64,000 bases of DNA from Carcharhinus longimanus. Its lineage: Eukaryota. Below the pieces are notes generated by a model. It was not told the DNA's origin. It was given only the letters and a program-made list of their open reading frames with translations, and did no database searches. This document shows positions 1-12,800 of the stretch, one piece after another. Location of the stretch: the NCBI GenBank assembly GCA_030264375.1, contig JASCQW010000137.1, forward strand, positions 26,966,358 to 27,030,357, written 5' to 3'. Both the position numbers and the translations under genes were made by a program. Numbering within the stretch: the first letter of the stretch is position 1; every line of letters begins with the position of its first letter.

Positions 1-720
1 GTAACTCTCCGGCGGGCGGCCGGGCAAAGCGAGCGGATCGGGGAAAGGACGGATCGGTGCGGAAAACCGCCTGCTCCGGCCGCAAGCACAAGATGGCGCC
101 GCCTGACCCGGAGACACTCCCTCAGCCCGCGAGTAAACAACTCAGCAAATTACCGCACGTACCCAAACAAACAATCCCTGCCTCCCCCCGGCGTTCCCCT
201 CCGATTAAAATAAAATCAACCCTTTAAATTCCTGTGGGTTTTCTTTCTTTATCGACCCGGACATTTGAGTCGCGCCGCCTCCTGGGGATTGTAGTTCTTG
301 GGCTTTCAACTGACAATAATAAATTGTAGTTCTTGGGCTTTGACTGCTTCGTGTCAGCCGCCAAAATCAGGGCACGAGTCGTCGTCGAACGGATAATCGT
401 TACCCGCAGCCTCGCGCTCGACTTTCCAGCCCTTCCGCGAGCCACGCGCACGGAAAATTTCAAATTCTAACGAACGCCCGTCTGGATTGTCGCGCCTGCG
501 TTCACCGTTTCCGGCTCTGAGCTGAGGCGGCGGTCTGGTCCTGGGGAAGGGAGTGAGTGAGGGGAGGGTGCACACCGAGAGGGGGAAGGAGGAAGAGAGA
601 GTCAGTCCATGTCCCAAAGAGCGAGAGTCTTCACGGCAATCCAATGCCTCGAATGGGGGAAGAACGTTGTTTTGAAGTTTGCCAGTGGCAAGTGTGAGAT
701 TTGAGACACAACTAGCAGAC
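1..720. promoter_or_regulatory. CpG-island promoter of MFSD11, probably bidirectional
   Basis: CpG/GC-rich against an AT-rich background and directly upstream of the MFSD11 ATG. YY1-like CAAGATGGCG at 89-98. A 19-bp repeat ATTGTAGTTCTTGGGCTTT at 288-306 and 323-341 contains an ACTACA (ZNF143/THAP11-type) motif on the minus strand. Confidence 0.8.
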
Positions 721-736
721 ATCTGGACAGTCAGCG

Positions 737-832
737 ATGATGGCAGAAGGAACAAAACTCGTGAATGTCATAATTTTGGGGTTGAGCTTTATGTTGGTTT
801 TCAGTGCCTTTCAAACCTGCGGCAATATTGAA
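737..832 (+). CDS. MFSD11: MFSD11 coding exon 1 (MMAEGTKLVNVIILGLSFMLVFSAFQTCGNIE)
   Basis: ATG at 737/740; donor GAA|GTAAGT at 833. Confidence 0.95.
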
Positions 833-3800
833 GTAAGTGCTTGGTTTCTGAATCTGAGTCAAGGATACTTCCATTATTCAATGGGGAACGAATTCGTTTA
901 CTTTTGCAATTTTTCTTGGAAATATTTTGTAATAATATGAGACTTTCAATAGAAACTTAATATCTAATTGTCCTGAAATGTGTTGATTTATTATTGTCAC
1001 ATGTATTAACATACAGTGAAAAGTATTGTTTCTTGCGTGCTATACAAACAAAACATACGGCTCAAAGAGAAGGAAACATGAGAGTGCAGAATATAGTGTT
1101 ACAGTCACAGCTAGAGTGTAGAGAAAGATCAACTTAGTGCGAGGTAGGCCCATTCAAAAATCTGGCAGTAGGGAAGAAGCTGTTCTTGTGTTAGTTGGTA
1201 CGTGAGCTTAGACTCTTGTATCTTTTCCCGAAGGTGGAAGAGAGAATGTCCAGGGTGCATGGGGTTCTTAATTATGCTGGCTACTTTGCGGAGGCAGCAG
1301 GAAATGTAGACAGAGTCAGCGGATGGGAGGCTGATTTGCGTGATGAATTGAGCTACATTCGTGACCTTTTGCAGTATCTTCCAGCCTTGGGTAGAGCAGA
1401 AGCCATATCAAGCTGTGATACGACTAGAAAGAATACTTTCTGTGGTGCATCTGTAAAACCTGGTGAGAGTTGTAGCTGATATGCCAAATTTTCTTCGTCT
1501 TCTGAGGAAGTAGAGGCGTTGGTGGGCTTTCGTACCTGTAGTGTCAGCATGGGGGGACTGTGACAGGTTGTTGGTGATCTGGACACCTAAAAACTTGAAG
1601 CTATCGACCCTTTCTACTTTGTCCTCATTGATGTAGTTAGGGGCATGATCTCCTTTACGCTTCCTGAAGTCGACGACAATCTCCTTCATTTTGTTGACGT
1701 TGAAGAAGAGATTATTGTCGCTACACAAGTTAATCANNNNNNNNNNNNNNNNNNNNNNNNNNNNNCACTCCTGTCTCGTCATTATTTGAGATCAGTCCCA
1801 CTATGGTAGTGACGTCAGCAGAATTGAAAATTGAGTTGAAGGGGAATTTGGCCACAGTCATAGGTAAGGGGCTGATGTGAACAAGTAGGTAGTTGATACA
1901 ATGTTTATTGGTGAGTTCAACAATGAAATTTCCTCTAAGTTTGGGACTGATAAGATAGTTTAAGTGCAGATTGAGTGGCCCCAATCTGCAGTTTGTAAGA
2001 ACAGTATTTTCTTCTGTTGTATTTTTGTGTTGGGAAGAATTAAGTGTAAGTGTAAAATTGTAATATAATCTTTTTTTAATTGAGCTTTCCAAATGCATCT
2101 GAGTTTATCTAATTTAGCATAAGATCTCATCAAAGTCCATGTCCTTGTGTATACTTTGGCACTTGGTGTTGGTCTGTTGCTCAGCTTATCATTGCTGAGT
2201 CAATTTTTTGGCCTTCTAACATCCGCATATTAACAGGTGACTATATTACGATCCAAAACAAAACCACTCATTTCCACTTCTTACAGTTGAAATGTTGAGG
2301 GCAATTGTGGAGTTTTTATTCCCTTTCAGTACAATGAATGGTTCCAAAAATGTATTTGAAATAGTTAGCCAATAATAACTTCACCTGAAGGGAAAATGTC
2401 TGTGTGCATATCCAAAATCATGATGGCACAAGAAGTGGTGACTTCTTGCAAGCTGTGCCCAGCATACCTTCTAATTCTATGTATTACTTTTGTTCTATGC
2501 TTACGATTGTAAACTACATTCTGCATTCTCTCCTATCCTTCAGTATGTATGGTATGCTTTGTTTAGCAAGCAAGAAACAATACTTTTCACTGTATACTAA
2601 TACATGTGACAATAATAAATCAAATCAAAATAGCCTTCACCACACGTTTCCCCCAGACACAGATCACAGAATCCCACAGTGCAGAAGGAGGTCATTCGGC
2701 CCATCGAGTCTGCATCGACGACAATTCCATCCAGGCCCTATCCGCATAATTGCTTCTATTTATCTTAGCTAGTCCCCCAACACTAAGGGGCAATTCAGTA
2801 CTCCCAATCCTAACCCACAAGTCTTTGGACTTTGGGAGGAAACCAGAGCACCTGGAGGAATGCTAGAAATAAAATGGTTGAAGTTGTTAATTCCCAAAAT
2901 TCTTCGGGGTATGGATGACATTTAACAATCAAAAGCTTTGTCAGCAGACACAGGGAGAACGTGCAGACTCAGCACAGACAGTGACCCAAGTAGGGAATCG
3001 AATGCAGGTCCCTGATGCTGTGAGGCAATGGTGCTAACCACTGTGCTATGTGCTGACATCCAGTGTCTGTCCCTGTAAGAGTAGTTACTTCAAACAGTTG
3101 CTTAAGTTACTTAAAACAGCACTTTCAAACTCCTCTGCCTTTAAACACTGATCACAGAGTGATGCAGTAGTTGATGTACTCAGTCAATCCTCACTTTGGC
3201 CTCTGAATCCAGTAAAATCTTGACAGTCTCTCATTCCTGGTTGTTATTAATGGTGCAGCTACTATGTTAGCTTCATTAAGTCCAGGTGGTGTGTAAAACA
3301 CCTCATATTTAAATGTAGGATTAGGTTTAATCCTGTATAATGAAGGTTTTTGGTTTCTTTTCATTTATTAACAGCCGGCAGACTTGTACTAAAGCCAGAA
3401 ATAAAATGGTTGAAGCTGTTAATTCCCAAAACTCTTCAGGGTATGGATAACATTTAACAATCAAAAGCTTTGTTAGCAAGAAGAATTTTTTTGTCCATAT
3501 GGAATTATTAACAATGGGTCAATGGTATCCTCGGTAGTGTCACAAACAAATATGGTGATGAGTAGAAAAGTTAGAAAACTGAAATGGAACACAATTTTAA
3601 GGGATGGCTGCGAATGACCAGAACTTGTAAAAAGATCTTGAGTCTTTCACAGTTATTAGTGAGCAACATATATGGAAAAAATTGACGAAAGTTAGATTCT
3701 GTAACCAGAGCAAATCCAGATAACGTTACTGATTTCTTTGTTTGACTGTGCTCGAGACTTGGCATGTATGAAAACTCAGTCGAACTCAATGAAGCTTATT

Positions 3801-6800
3801 TGCAACGAAATGTTTGTGGCAAATCCAAGAACTTGGTTAAGCCATCCACCACTAGACCTGGCTGAACGTTTTGGTCCTGCTGTCCCCTGCCAAACTGCTC
3901 ACTAATCCATGATTATTCTAGAATTCAAATAAAACCCTTTGTTACTTTTATCCGCTACCTACTGTCTCCTTAAATTCTTCTTCCACCCTATCTCCAACAA
4001 CTGCAAGGAGCTCATAGACTTTGCCACTAAAATTGCAAGTATCCATTCTGCTGTAACCTTGCTTACCAAGCCAAGGTTAACTGCCACCCAAGCCCATGCT
4101 GATCTAACTCTGAACAGACATTTTCCTTTAATCATCCTCCTATCTCTCCTCATACCCAGCTTCCTTCTCCACTCCCCAAGATAGTCAATGTTCTCTTACT
4201 GTTCAAAGCTCATCCAAAACTACTGCCTATATCCTAACCATATCTATATCATTGTCATATCCTGTCTAATCTGCAGTGGCTCTCAGTCCACCAATGCTTT
4301 GATTTTTAAAATCTTTAGATATTTAAATTCCTACATGATATTGAACTTCACATTCTGTGACTTCCTTCAACCTTAAAATGCTTCAAGAACTCCAAATCTA
4401 TCCTCTTCTGCATACCACATAGTAACTGTGCCGTCAGCTATGTGGGCCCAAGTTCTGAAATACCCTCCCTCAACCTTTCTATTTTCTCCACTTTTAACGG
4501 CGTGTATTTTGGTGGGAAAGACATGGACAGACAATTTAAGATAAAGTGTACAATTCTTAATGGGGTGCAGGAACACAGGGATCTGTGTGTACATGTACAT
4601 AAATCACCAAAGGTGATAGGACAGGTTGAGAGAGCAGTATCCAGGGCTTTATTAATAGGGGTTTAGCATATAAGAGCAAACAGAGGTAGACACAAGTTAA
4701 ACGTTAGCTGGAGTATTGTGTACAATTGTGAGCACCACAGTACAGGAAGGATGTGCGCCCATTGAAAGATTTAGAAAAATGGTTCTCTGGATGAGAACCT
4801 TGAATCTCCTTACTCTCCATTGTCGGGAAGATCATCGCATGAATCCCCACTAATGGCCTTCTCCCTGTCTCTGAAGTAATTCTCCTGGAAAGCCAGCGTG
4901 GTTTCCGACCAAACCATGGAACAGCAGACGTGATTTTCAATGCTGGACAATTTCAAGAGAAATGTCAATAGCAACATCAACTATCCTACATGGCCTTCTT
5001 CAATCTGACCACTCAGGAAGTGCTAGGGAAGACCCTGTTAAAGGCCAGTTGTCCAGAGAAATTCATCAACATCCTGCGACTCTTCTATGACAGGGTGTTC
5101 ATGACAGTCCTCACTGACGGAAAGAAACCTTTGAGGTCAAGACTCAAATCAAGCAACGATATATAAATGCCCCCGCCCTTTTCTCCATCTTCATTGTCAC
5201 CTTTAGCTTGTCAAGAATAAGCTGCTCAGTGGAGCAGACGTCTTCGAAAAGGGTGGACAGAAAACCTTTCAACCTTAACGGGTTGAAATACAAGAAGAAA
5301 ACGACAATGACATTGCTCATGGTACTTCTGTATGCGGATGACATTTCCATCTCTGCTCTCTCAGAAAAGAATTTCCAAGTCATGCTTGACACCATTGTAG
5401 AAACGTACCGAATAATTTGTCTCAGTTTCAATCTCAAGAAGACTTCAGTCCTTTGCCCATCTGCCCCAGGGCAAGATCTGGTCTCTCTCTCTCCTTCAGG
5501 ATCGACGATGAAACCCTCCCAAACATGGAACATTTCCTCTACATGGGGAGCCACCTCTCCTCCAAAGCTGACATCGATGCAATGATCATTATATCCAATC
5601 AGTGAGTGCCACCTTTAAATGCTTCAGGGTGAGAATCTTTGATGACTGTGACATTTGTGCTGACACCAAGATCCTCGTGTACGTGGAGGCAGTCATCTGC
5701 CAAATCTTCTATGTGGCTCAGGAACTTGGACTACTTATAGATGCCACCTCACAGCCCTGGAGAGACACCATCAACACTATGAGACTGATTCTCCGCATTA
5801 GCTAGAAGAGCAGGCATACAAATATTCGCGTACCTGAAGAAGCCAAGAGCACCAGCATCGAGGCTGTAATCATCCAAAACCAACTCCGCTAAGCCGGCCA
5901 TGTGCTTAGAATGTCAGAGTCCTGATTGTCAAAGCAAATCTTTGCCTAGCTCAAGGAAGCCTTCCAAACAAGAGCACAAAGGAAGCAGTTCAAGACATCG
6001 GCTTACCTCAAGAAATACAACATAGACATCAACTGCTTGGAGACCCTTGTTCAGAAGAGACCTACTTGATGGAACCCCCTGATTAAAGCGACAAAATTCT
6101 TTGAGAACACCCAATAGCAAAAGGAGGCCTGGCAAAGGAGCCTGAGAAAGAAATACCAACTTGGGAGCACCTGCTAAGTGCGCACTCATCAACTATGCAA
6201 GGACCCACAGAACCCATGACAATTATACTTGTTAGTGATTGTCGAAGAAGATGATTGGCAGTCTTCACAATTTATGACTTTTGAATTTAACAAGTCGATT
6301 AAATGTGGAATTTGATTGAAAACTCACTTGTAGAGACTGAATTCAAACCTGTGTTGATATATATCATGTTATGCTACTGATTTGAATGCATCAGTGTATG
6401 TCCACGGAAGTCATTATTTGCAATTTATGATTTAGAGACTGATTTCAGCATCTGGTCAAATGAGACTGGGTAGTATCCAGTTTCAAGTAAATAAACAATT
6501 CCCCAACAGATAACATTTTGGAAAAAAATATTTCTATTGTGTCTGGACTTCATATTGCTTAAGCTTCTGGAACAAGGCCAATGGGCAATGTCCTCAAAGC
6601 CTCTATTTTGTGACATCCTTAACATGGTTACTCGAGTCACCACAGTAAGTTGTAAAAAATGAGCATATCCTTAAGACTGTGCAGAATATCTTGTTCTTTC
6701 TATTGAAGAAACACTGATTTTTGTTTTAACAGCAAACGGTCATCAAGAGCATCAACAGTACCCAGTTTCATGGAAGTGGATATACCAGGTGTTTCTTTAT

Positions 6801-9800
6801 CATCCTCTACAAAGTGATATTGTATGGTAGACATTTCAGTATTTGTGCATGATTTAATTTTTTAAAAATATTATTACTTCAACTGTTGTAGATTAGGGTA
6901 GTTATATCCAGGATTTTGTTGTGCTAACATTTATTACATTTCTTTTGTAGCTTGGCTATAATTTATACTGTATTTTCTGCCTCGAATCTTTTGACTCCAT
7001 CAATTGTTGCTCTTTTGGGAGCGCGACTTTCTATGTTCATTTCTGGATTAATTTACAGGTAAGGTAAACAAATACAAAGTTCACTTCCTTGGATTTTTAT
7101 TTTCTCCTGTAATTTCATAAATTATTTTCTTGTGTACCATTTGTATCTAACACATCAAGTATAGAATCAAATTAAGTGACATTAGTGAATCAGTTAGATT
7201 TTGATAACAATTATTTCACAATCATCTTTAGACTTTAAATTTCATTTTTATTAGATTTAAATTTTACTATCTGCTGTGTTGGGGTTTGAACTTGAGCCGC
7301 CATATCCCTGGATTACTAGTCCAGTGACAATACCACTACACCATTGCCTCCCCATAACAAAACCATGGCATTTCCCTTAATTCTCAAGAACAACAGTCTG
7401 TCTTATCAGTCCACTGAGTGAACAAGTTTCTCCTAATTACCACCTCACCTCATCCTGGGACTGTGTCCTGGATTCCCTGACCAGGGGAAACAATCTGAAT
7501 GTTTACCATGTCAAGCTTCTTCAGAATCTTGTACATTTCAATGGGGTCTTGATTCCTGAGAGACAGTGAGTAACGTTTGCTGATGATACTAAGCTGGAGG
7601 GAAAGTAAGCTCTGGGGTAGAGGACACAGAGAGGCTGCAAAGAGAAATAGACAGGTTAAGTGATTGGGCAACAAAATGGCAGATATAGGGAAGTCTGAAA
7701 TTAATTTATAATTAATTATATATAAGAAAAATTAATATATTTTAGAAGTGTTGATGTTGAAAGAGACTTGGATGTGTTTGTACGAGGAACACAAAGTTAG
7801 CAAGCAATTAGGAAGACAGATAGCATATTGGCCTTTATTGCAAGGGATTTGGAGTATAAGAATGAAGAAGCCATGTTACAGTTGCACAGGGTTCAGGTGA
7901 CACCACATCTGGAGCACTGTTTGCAATTTTGGTCTCAGATTTTAAGAAAGGATATACTTGTATTGGAGGTAGTACAGCAAAGGTTCAGTAAATTGTTCCC
8001 TGGGATGAGGGGATTATCTTGCTAAGTAAATTAGGTTTATAGTCTCTGGAGTTTAGAAGAATAAGACGTGATTTCATTGAAACCTATCACGTTCTGAAGG
8101 GGCTTGATAAGGTGGAGTGTGCTGAGAGATTGTTTCAGCCGGTCAGGGAATCTAAAACATAGGGGCACAGCCTGAGGGGTTGATCATCTGGGGCTAAGAT
8201 AAAGGGGTAATTACTTCACTCAAAACGTTGTGAATTTTTGGAATTCTCCGAACATATTAGATGAAAGACAGTTTCCTATTTCAGTCATCATTGTAATTTT
8301 CACAAAACCCTGAATGTAACAGAAGGATTATAATTTGCTGAATTAATTTGGGGCAAATTTTATTCAAAATTGTTTACTTTTCAGTGCTTATGCTGCAGTT
8401 TTCATTGAGCCATTCACTTGGTCATTTTACCTAGCTTCAGTCGTCATTGGGGTAGCAGCTGCAGGTGAGTTTTCTTCCAATGTCCTTAGCAATCTGAATA
8501 AGACCGGAGATTTGACTTGTTACCTGAATGTTGTCTGTTTTTAGGATGAGAAAATAATGACTAAAATTCTGTAATGCTTGAGATGTTTTCTGAACTTACT
8601 ATGTATTACATTCTTAGATTCATGGTTTGGATGAAATGAATTTAATTGGGCATGAGCATTTTGCCTTTCTGATGGACAAAAGCTAAGCAGAGATTCCATT
8701 TGGATTTTTTTGGACTGAGTTGATATTGATTTAATCATCTTATTAGTTATTTTCAACTGCTATAAGGATGTGACATTTTAGTTTCTCCTGTCTCGATAGT
8801 TCTTTTCTTTCACTCTAGAGATGGTGAATCATGATTCAACAAGCAGTTGCAAGCTTCAGGTATCTATTTATAGTGATCATTCTTCATATCTGAGTGCTGG
8901 CACTCTATTTGACTGAAGGCATCATAAGATAAACTGATTTTGTCTTCAAAGGTACATGTTCTTTAAGCATTGGCAACAGGATAGACCCTACCACTAACTT
9001 TTCTGAAACTAGCTGCTTTAACATTGAGCTGGGACTTCTCTAGCTTATATGATGTAGAATCATGAAATTAAATACATGATTGAAAAAAAAATCGTAAGAA
9101 AATGCAGCACAAGAAAAGGCCACTTGTCTTCTGTTTCTGTTTTCTAGTTATGCATGGATAGTTCAATGTGAACAATGCTCAGTTTAATTTCGCACTGCTC
9201 CCCCCAGAATAATGAAATTAATTGCAAAGTATCTGTGCATCTATGCATTCTGCATTACTTCTCCTTATTTTCTTCTCATTTTCCACCTTAGGCTAGTATT
9301 TTAGTTGCAGCATGTTGTTAAGCTACTATAGCTGATATTCAGAAAGAGAGAAGTTTACAAAAATTTCTAATTGTGTCTAATTGATGCTTCACTTTTTGAA
9401 AAATTCTACAGTCATCAACTAAATTACTGTGTTTACATCTACGTTATCCGTGTATTCAGTGTTTTGAAGTTCCATGTCATGCTCCTCTCAATTTTCTTGG
9501 CTTCGGTGAAACAAGATCCATTTTAGGTGGTCTTTCCTTGTAGCCTGGAACTATAAAACCTAGAATTATTTTTGTTGCTCTGCTTTGAACCCTGCCCAAC
9601 ACATTGACTCTTGGTAGATAGGGTAAATGAAAGTGTAAGATGAACACATATAATCGATTGAAAATTGGAATAGCTTGTTTTATTTGACCTGTAGTCAATA
9701 TCTAATCTTTGTTGATAATATCCGCTGATGGTTGGACATATTTGGATGGTAGTTGCATCCAAAACCATTCCTTTCCACCACTGTTAATGAACGCCAGTTC

Positions 9801-12800
9801 ACCAAGCTGACTGATATCAGGAGTCATGTCCTGGTAACCAATTGGACACAAATGTGCCTTCAATGAACAGAAACAGCTCAGGATAGCTTTAATAAATTTA
9901 CAGAAAATAATAGGTTTTATTTTTGTTTTTTGAGATGTCTGTTTTGGCAGGGCAGTCCCATTCTGAATTATTTGTGTCTCTCCTTTTGGTTATGTACTTG
10001 ATTATGTATTCTCAGGGAGTGCTTCGTTTTGGCTTTCATAGCTGGCAGGTTCTGCAAGGTGCCTTTTACTTCTATTATTTTAATATGTCTGCCTGGATCT
10101 ATTCCTCCCTGTTTTGTTTACCATGAGCTCCTTAGTAAGGCAAGAATTGGTTGGATCTCCAATCCCATAATTTACAGGCCTCTTTTAAAGCCTCATCTCC
10201 TCGCCTGACATTCTGTAAACTCATGAATACTAGACAATAAATTGGTGTTGATTTTACATTGTTCTTCCAAAATATAAATTTGGTTAAGTCCAAATTACTA
10301 TTGGTATTCTCCATGCCAAGGATTTTCTAATTGCCTCCTGTGGGATTAGATTTAGATCACATACTTTTAAAAATATTTAAATTCATTTCGCTGTTATTTC
10401 ATTTAGTCAATTTTTAGGTTTAGGTTTTGAAAGTGTTGGTTAGGTCAAACTATCCCTTGCATGAGCTATTTTGTTGAGGTATATGGATGTGAAAAAAAAC
10501 CCTCAATTTTCCCTCATTTGTGAATGTGCTTTAGACAAGGTCGTTTTCAAATGTGTAAAACAATTTTTATTTTTGTTTTAAATGCATTGTTCCAAGTATC
10601 CTCATTAGAGCCATATGCTCTCAGTTCCCACATGCCAAAGGTAAACTACAGGTTTACAGCTACAGATAAAACTGCAGTATCGTCATTGACAACTGTATTT
10701 CTGTAAATTTTTGTTTATTTTGCTGGTAACTACAACTTTCATACTTTTGGCAGCATCCTCAAGTTAGATATGTTGGTTGAAATGTTTCATCTATTTCCTT
10801 TCTGAGGTCTCTAACTTCCAAATTTTTATGTGTGGCCCCTGGTGTTTGAAGTCTTCACCATAAAAGAACAATTTCCTTGATGAATTCCATTTTTAATCTT
10901 AACCTTAGTTAGAACCCTCACTTTTTGTCATTTTTGTTTTCCAAATATATAGAATCTCTGCGGTGCAGAAGGAGGCCATTTGGTCCCACGAGTCTGCACC
11001 AACTCTGATCGAGCATCCCATCCAGGCCCTCTCCTCCACCTTATCCCCTAACCCTGTGCATTTACCACAGCCAGTCCACCTAATTTGCACATTTTTGGAG
11101 GAAACGAAAGCATCTGGAGGAATCTCACATGGACATGGGGAAGAACATGCAATTTCCACACAGTTGCCCAAGGCTGGAATCGAACCCTGGTTCCTGGTGC
11201 TGTGAGGCAGCCATGCTAACCATGTGCAAACATGCCACCCAGTTTTCCTATTAGGCGAGTTTTCTTATTCTTCCCTTAATTTATTTTGTGGATATCTGGG
11301 AGCTTAAGTGCATGCAACTATGCAGTTTCTGCTGAATTGCTGATTTCCCCAGTATCAAGGTTCCTAATACAGCCCTACTTTTGGGGGAAGACAAAATGGA
11401 TTATTCAAGTCACTGTGAAAAACTTAATCTGCCAAGCATGATGTTGTCACGTGAATTGACTTTCCAACTGAGAAATTTATAATCATAACAAAGTGGGTGA
11501 AAATGAAACCTAGCATAAATATTTCAAACCATATCAGTGGAGCAATCAGGAGTCTGTTTTTAGTATAAATGACTTGTTTGGGTACTGGTTTAATTTCCCA
11601 ACAAAGTTTGAGCAGTTTTTTTTAAAGAGAAGGAAAGAGTGCAGGTGTTGGCACTGAATTGCTCTCTCAGCTTTCAGCAGTTGATCTTAGCTATGTAGGT
11701 GACAGCCTTGAAGCAGTGGGCCTTGATTTGGGCCTTTGATTTTAGGCCCATGTGGCCTAAAAAACAGAATAATCTAGCTAATGTTTTTCTTTGATAAAAG
11801 AAAATTAAATACAAAAGATTTCCTCCCTGGACCAATGGAGTAATTGTAAACCAGCTCTTCATTACTAGGTTTTAGAGCTTGCTCTGCTGAACACTGAATA
11901 TCTTCCCCTCCATCACAACAGTATTCATCTGAATCATGGAAATGTTACATCACTGAAGAAGGAGGCCATTCTACCCATTATGTTTGCACCAGTATTATGA
12001 CTTGGTGCTGTTCTCCTCCTTTTCCCCATACCCCTGCACATTATTTCTCTTCAAATATTAATGCCTGGAGAGTGATTTACACTTATGCCTCCTGAGGCGT
12101 TGCCTTAGAACACTTAGCCATCCTGATTCTATAACAGTTGTGATGATCACCATTACAATACAAGCTTTCAATGCCAGATTTATTAATTATATGGTACCAG
12201 CTGCTGCTCTGAAGTTTGTCTGAACAATTATTGTCAATCGGATCTGGAATTAATTAAAAGAATATGTACTCCCAGATTACTCTTAGTGCATTGGCATGTA
12301 CCCCTCTACTGCACTCCCACCCTCCTGCAGTTCCCACTACCACCCAACTCCCTTAATTTTTCAGAACACATGACACTCTGTCCTGATTAACAAATGTCAA
12401 TTGTTGCAATATAAAGCTAATTATGCAGAACTGTTGTACCTTGACCTCCTAACTCATGAGTATTCCACATGCACATCAGTCTGAAAGTGCTCCATGTTAA
12501 CTTGCAAAAGTACTGGGACAACATTTTGTAAAATCTTCAAGTTACATATATTTCAGTAATTCATAAACTATGATCACTGGAATATTTTACAAAAAATATG
12601 TGGCATGGTGGCACGGTTGTTAGCACTGTTGCCTCACAAGCTATTTGATTCCTGGCTTGTATCACTGTCTGTGTGCAGTTTGCACATCCTCCCCATGTCT
12701 GCCTGGGCTTTCTCTAGGTGCTCCAGTTTCCCCCACAGTCCAAAAGACATACCGATTAGGTGTATTGGCCATGCTAAATTCTCCCTTATTGTACCCGAAC

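Noticed and set aside
224-755. Minus-strand ORFs of 79 and 133 aa in the CpG island as SRSF2 or a novel gene
   Set aside because: No RRM/RS features or known similarity; long ORFs are expected by chance in GC-rich promoters.
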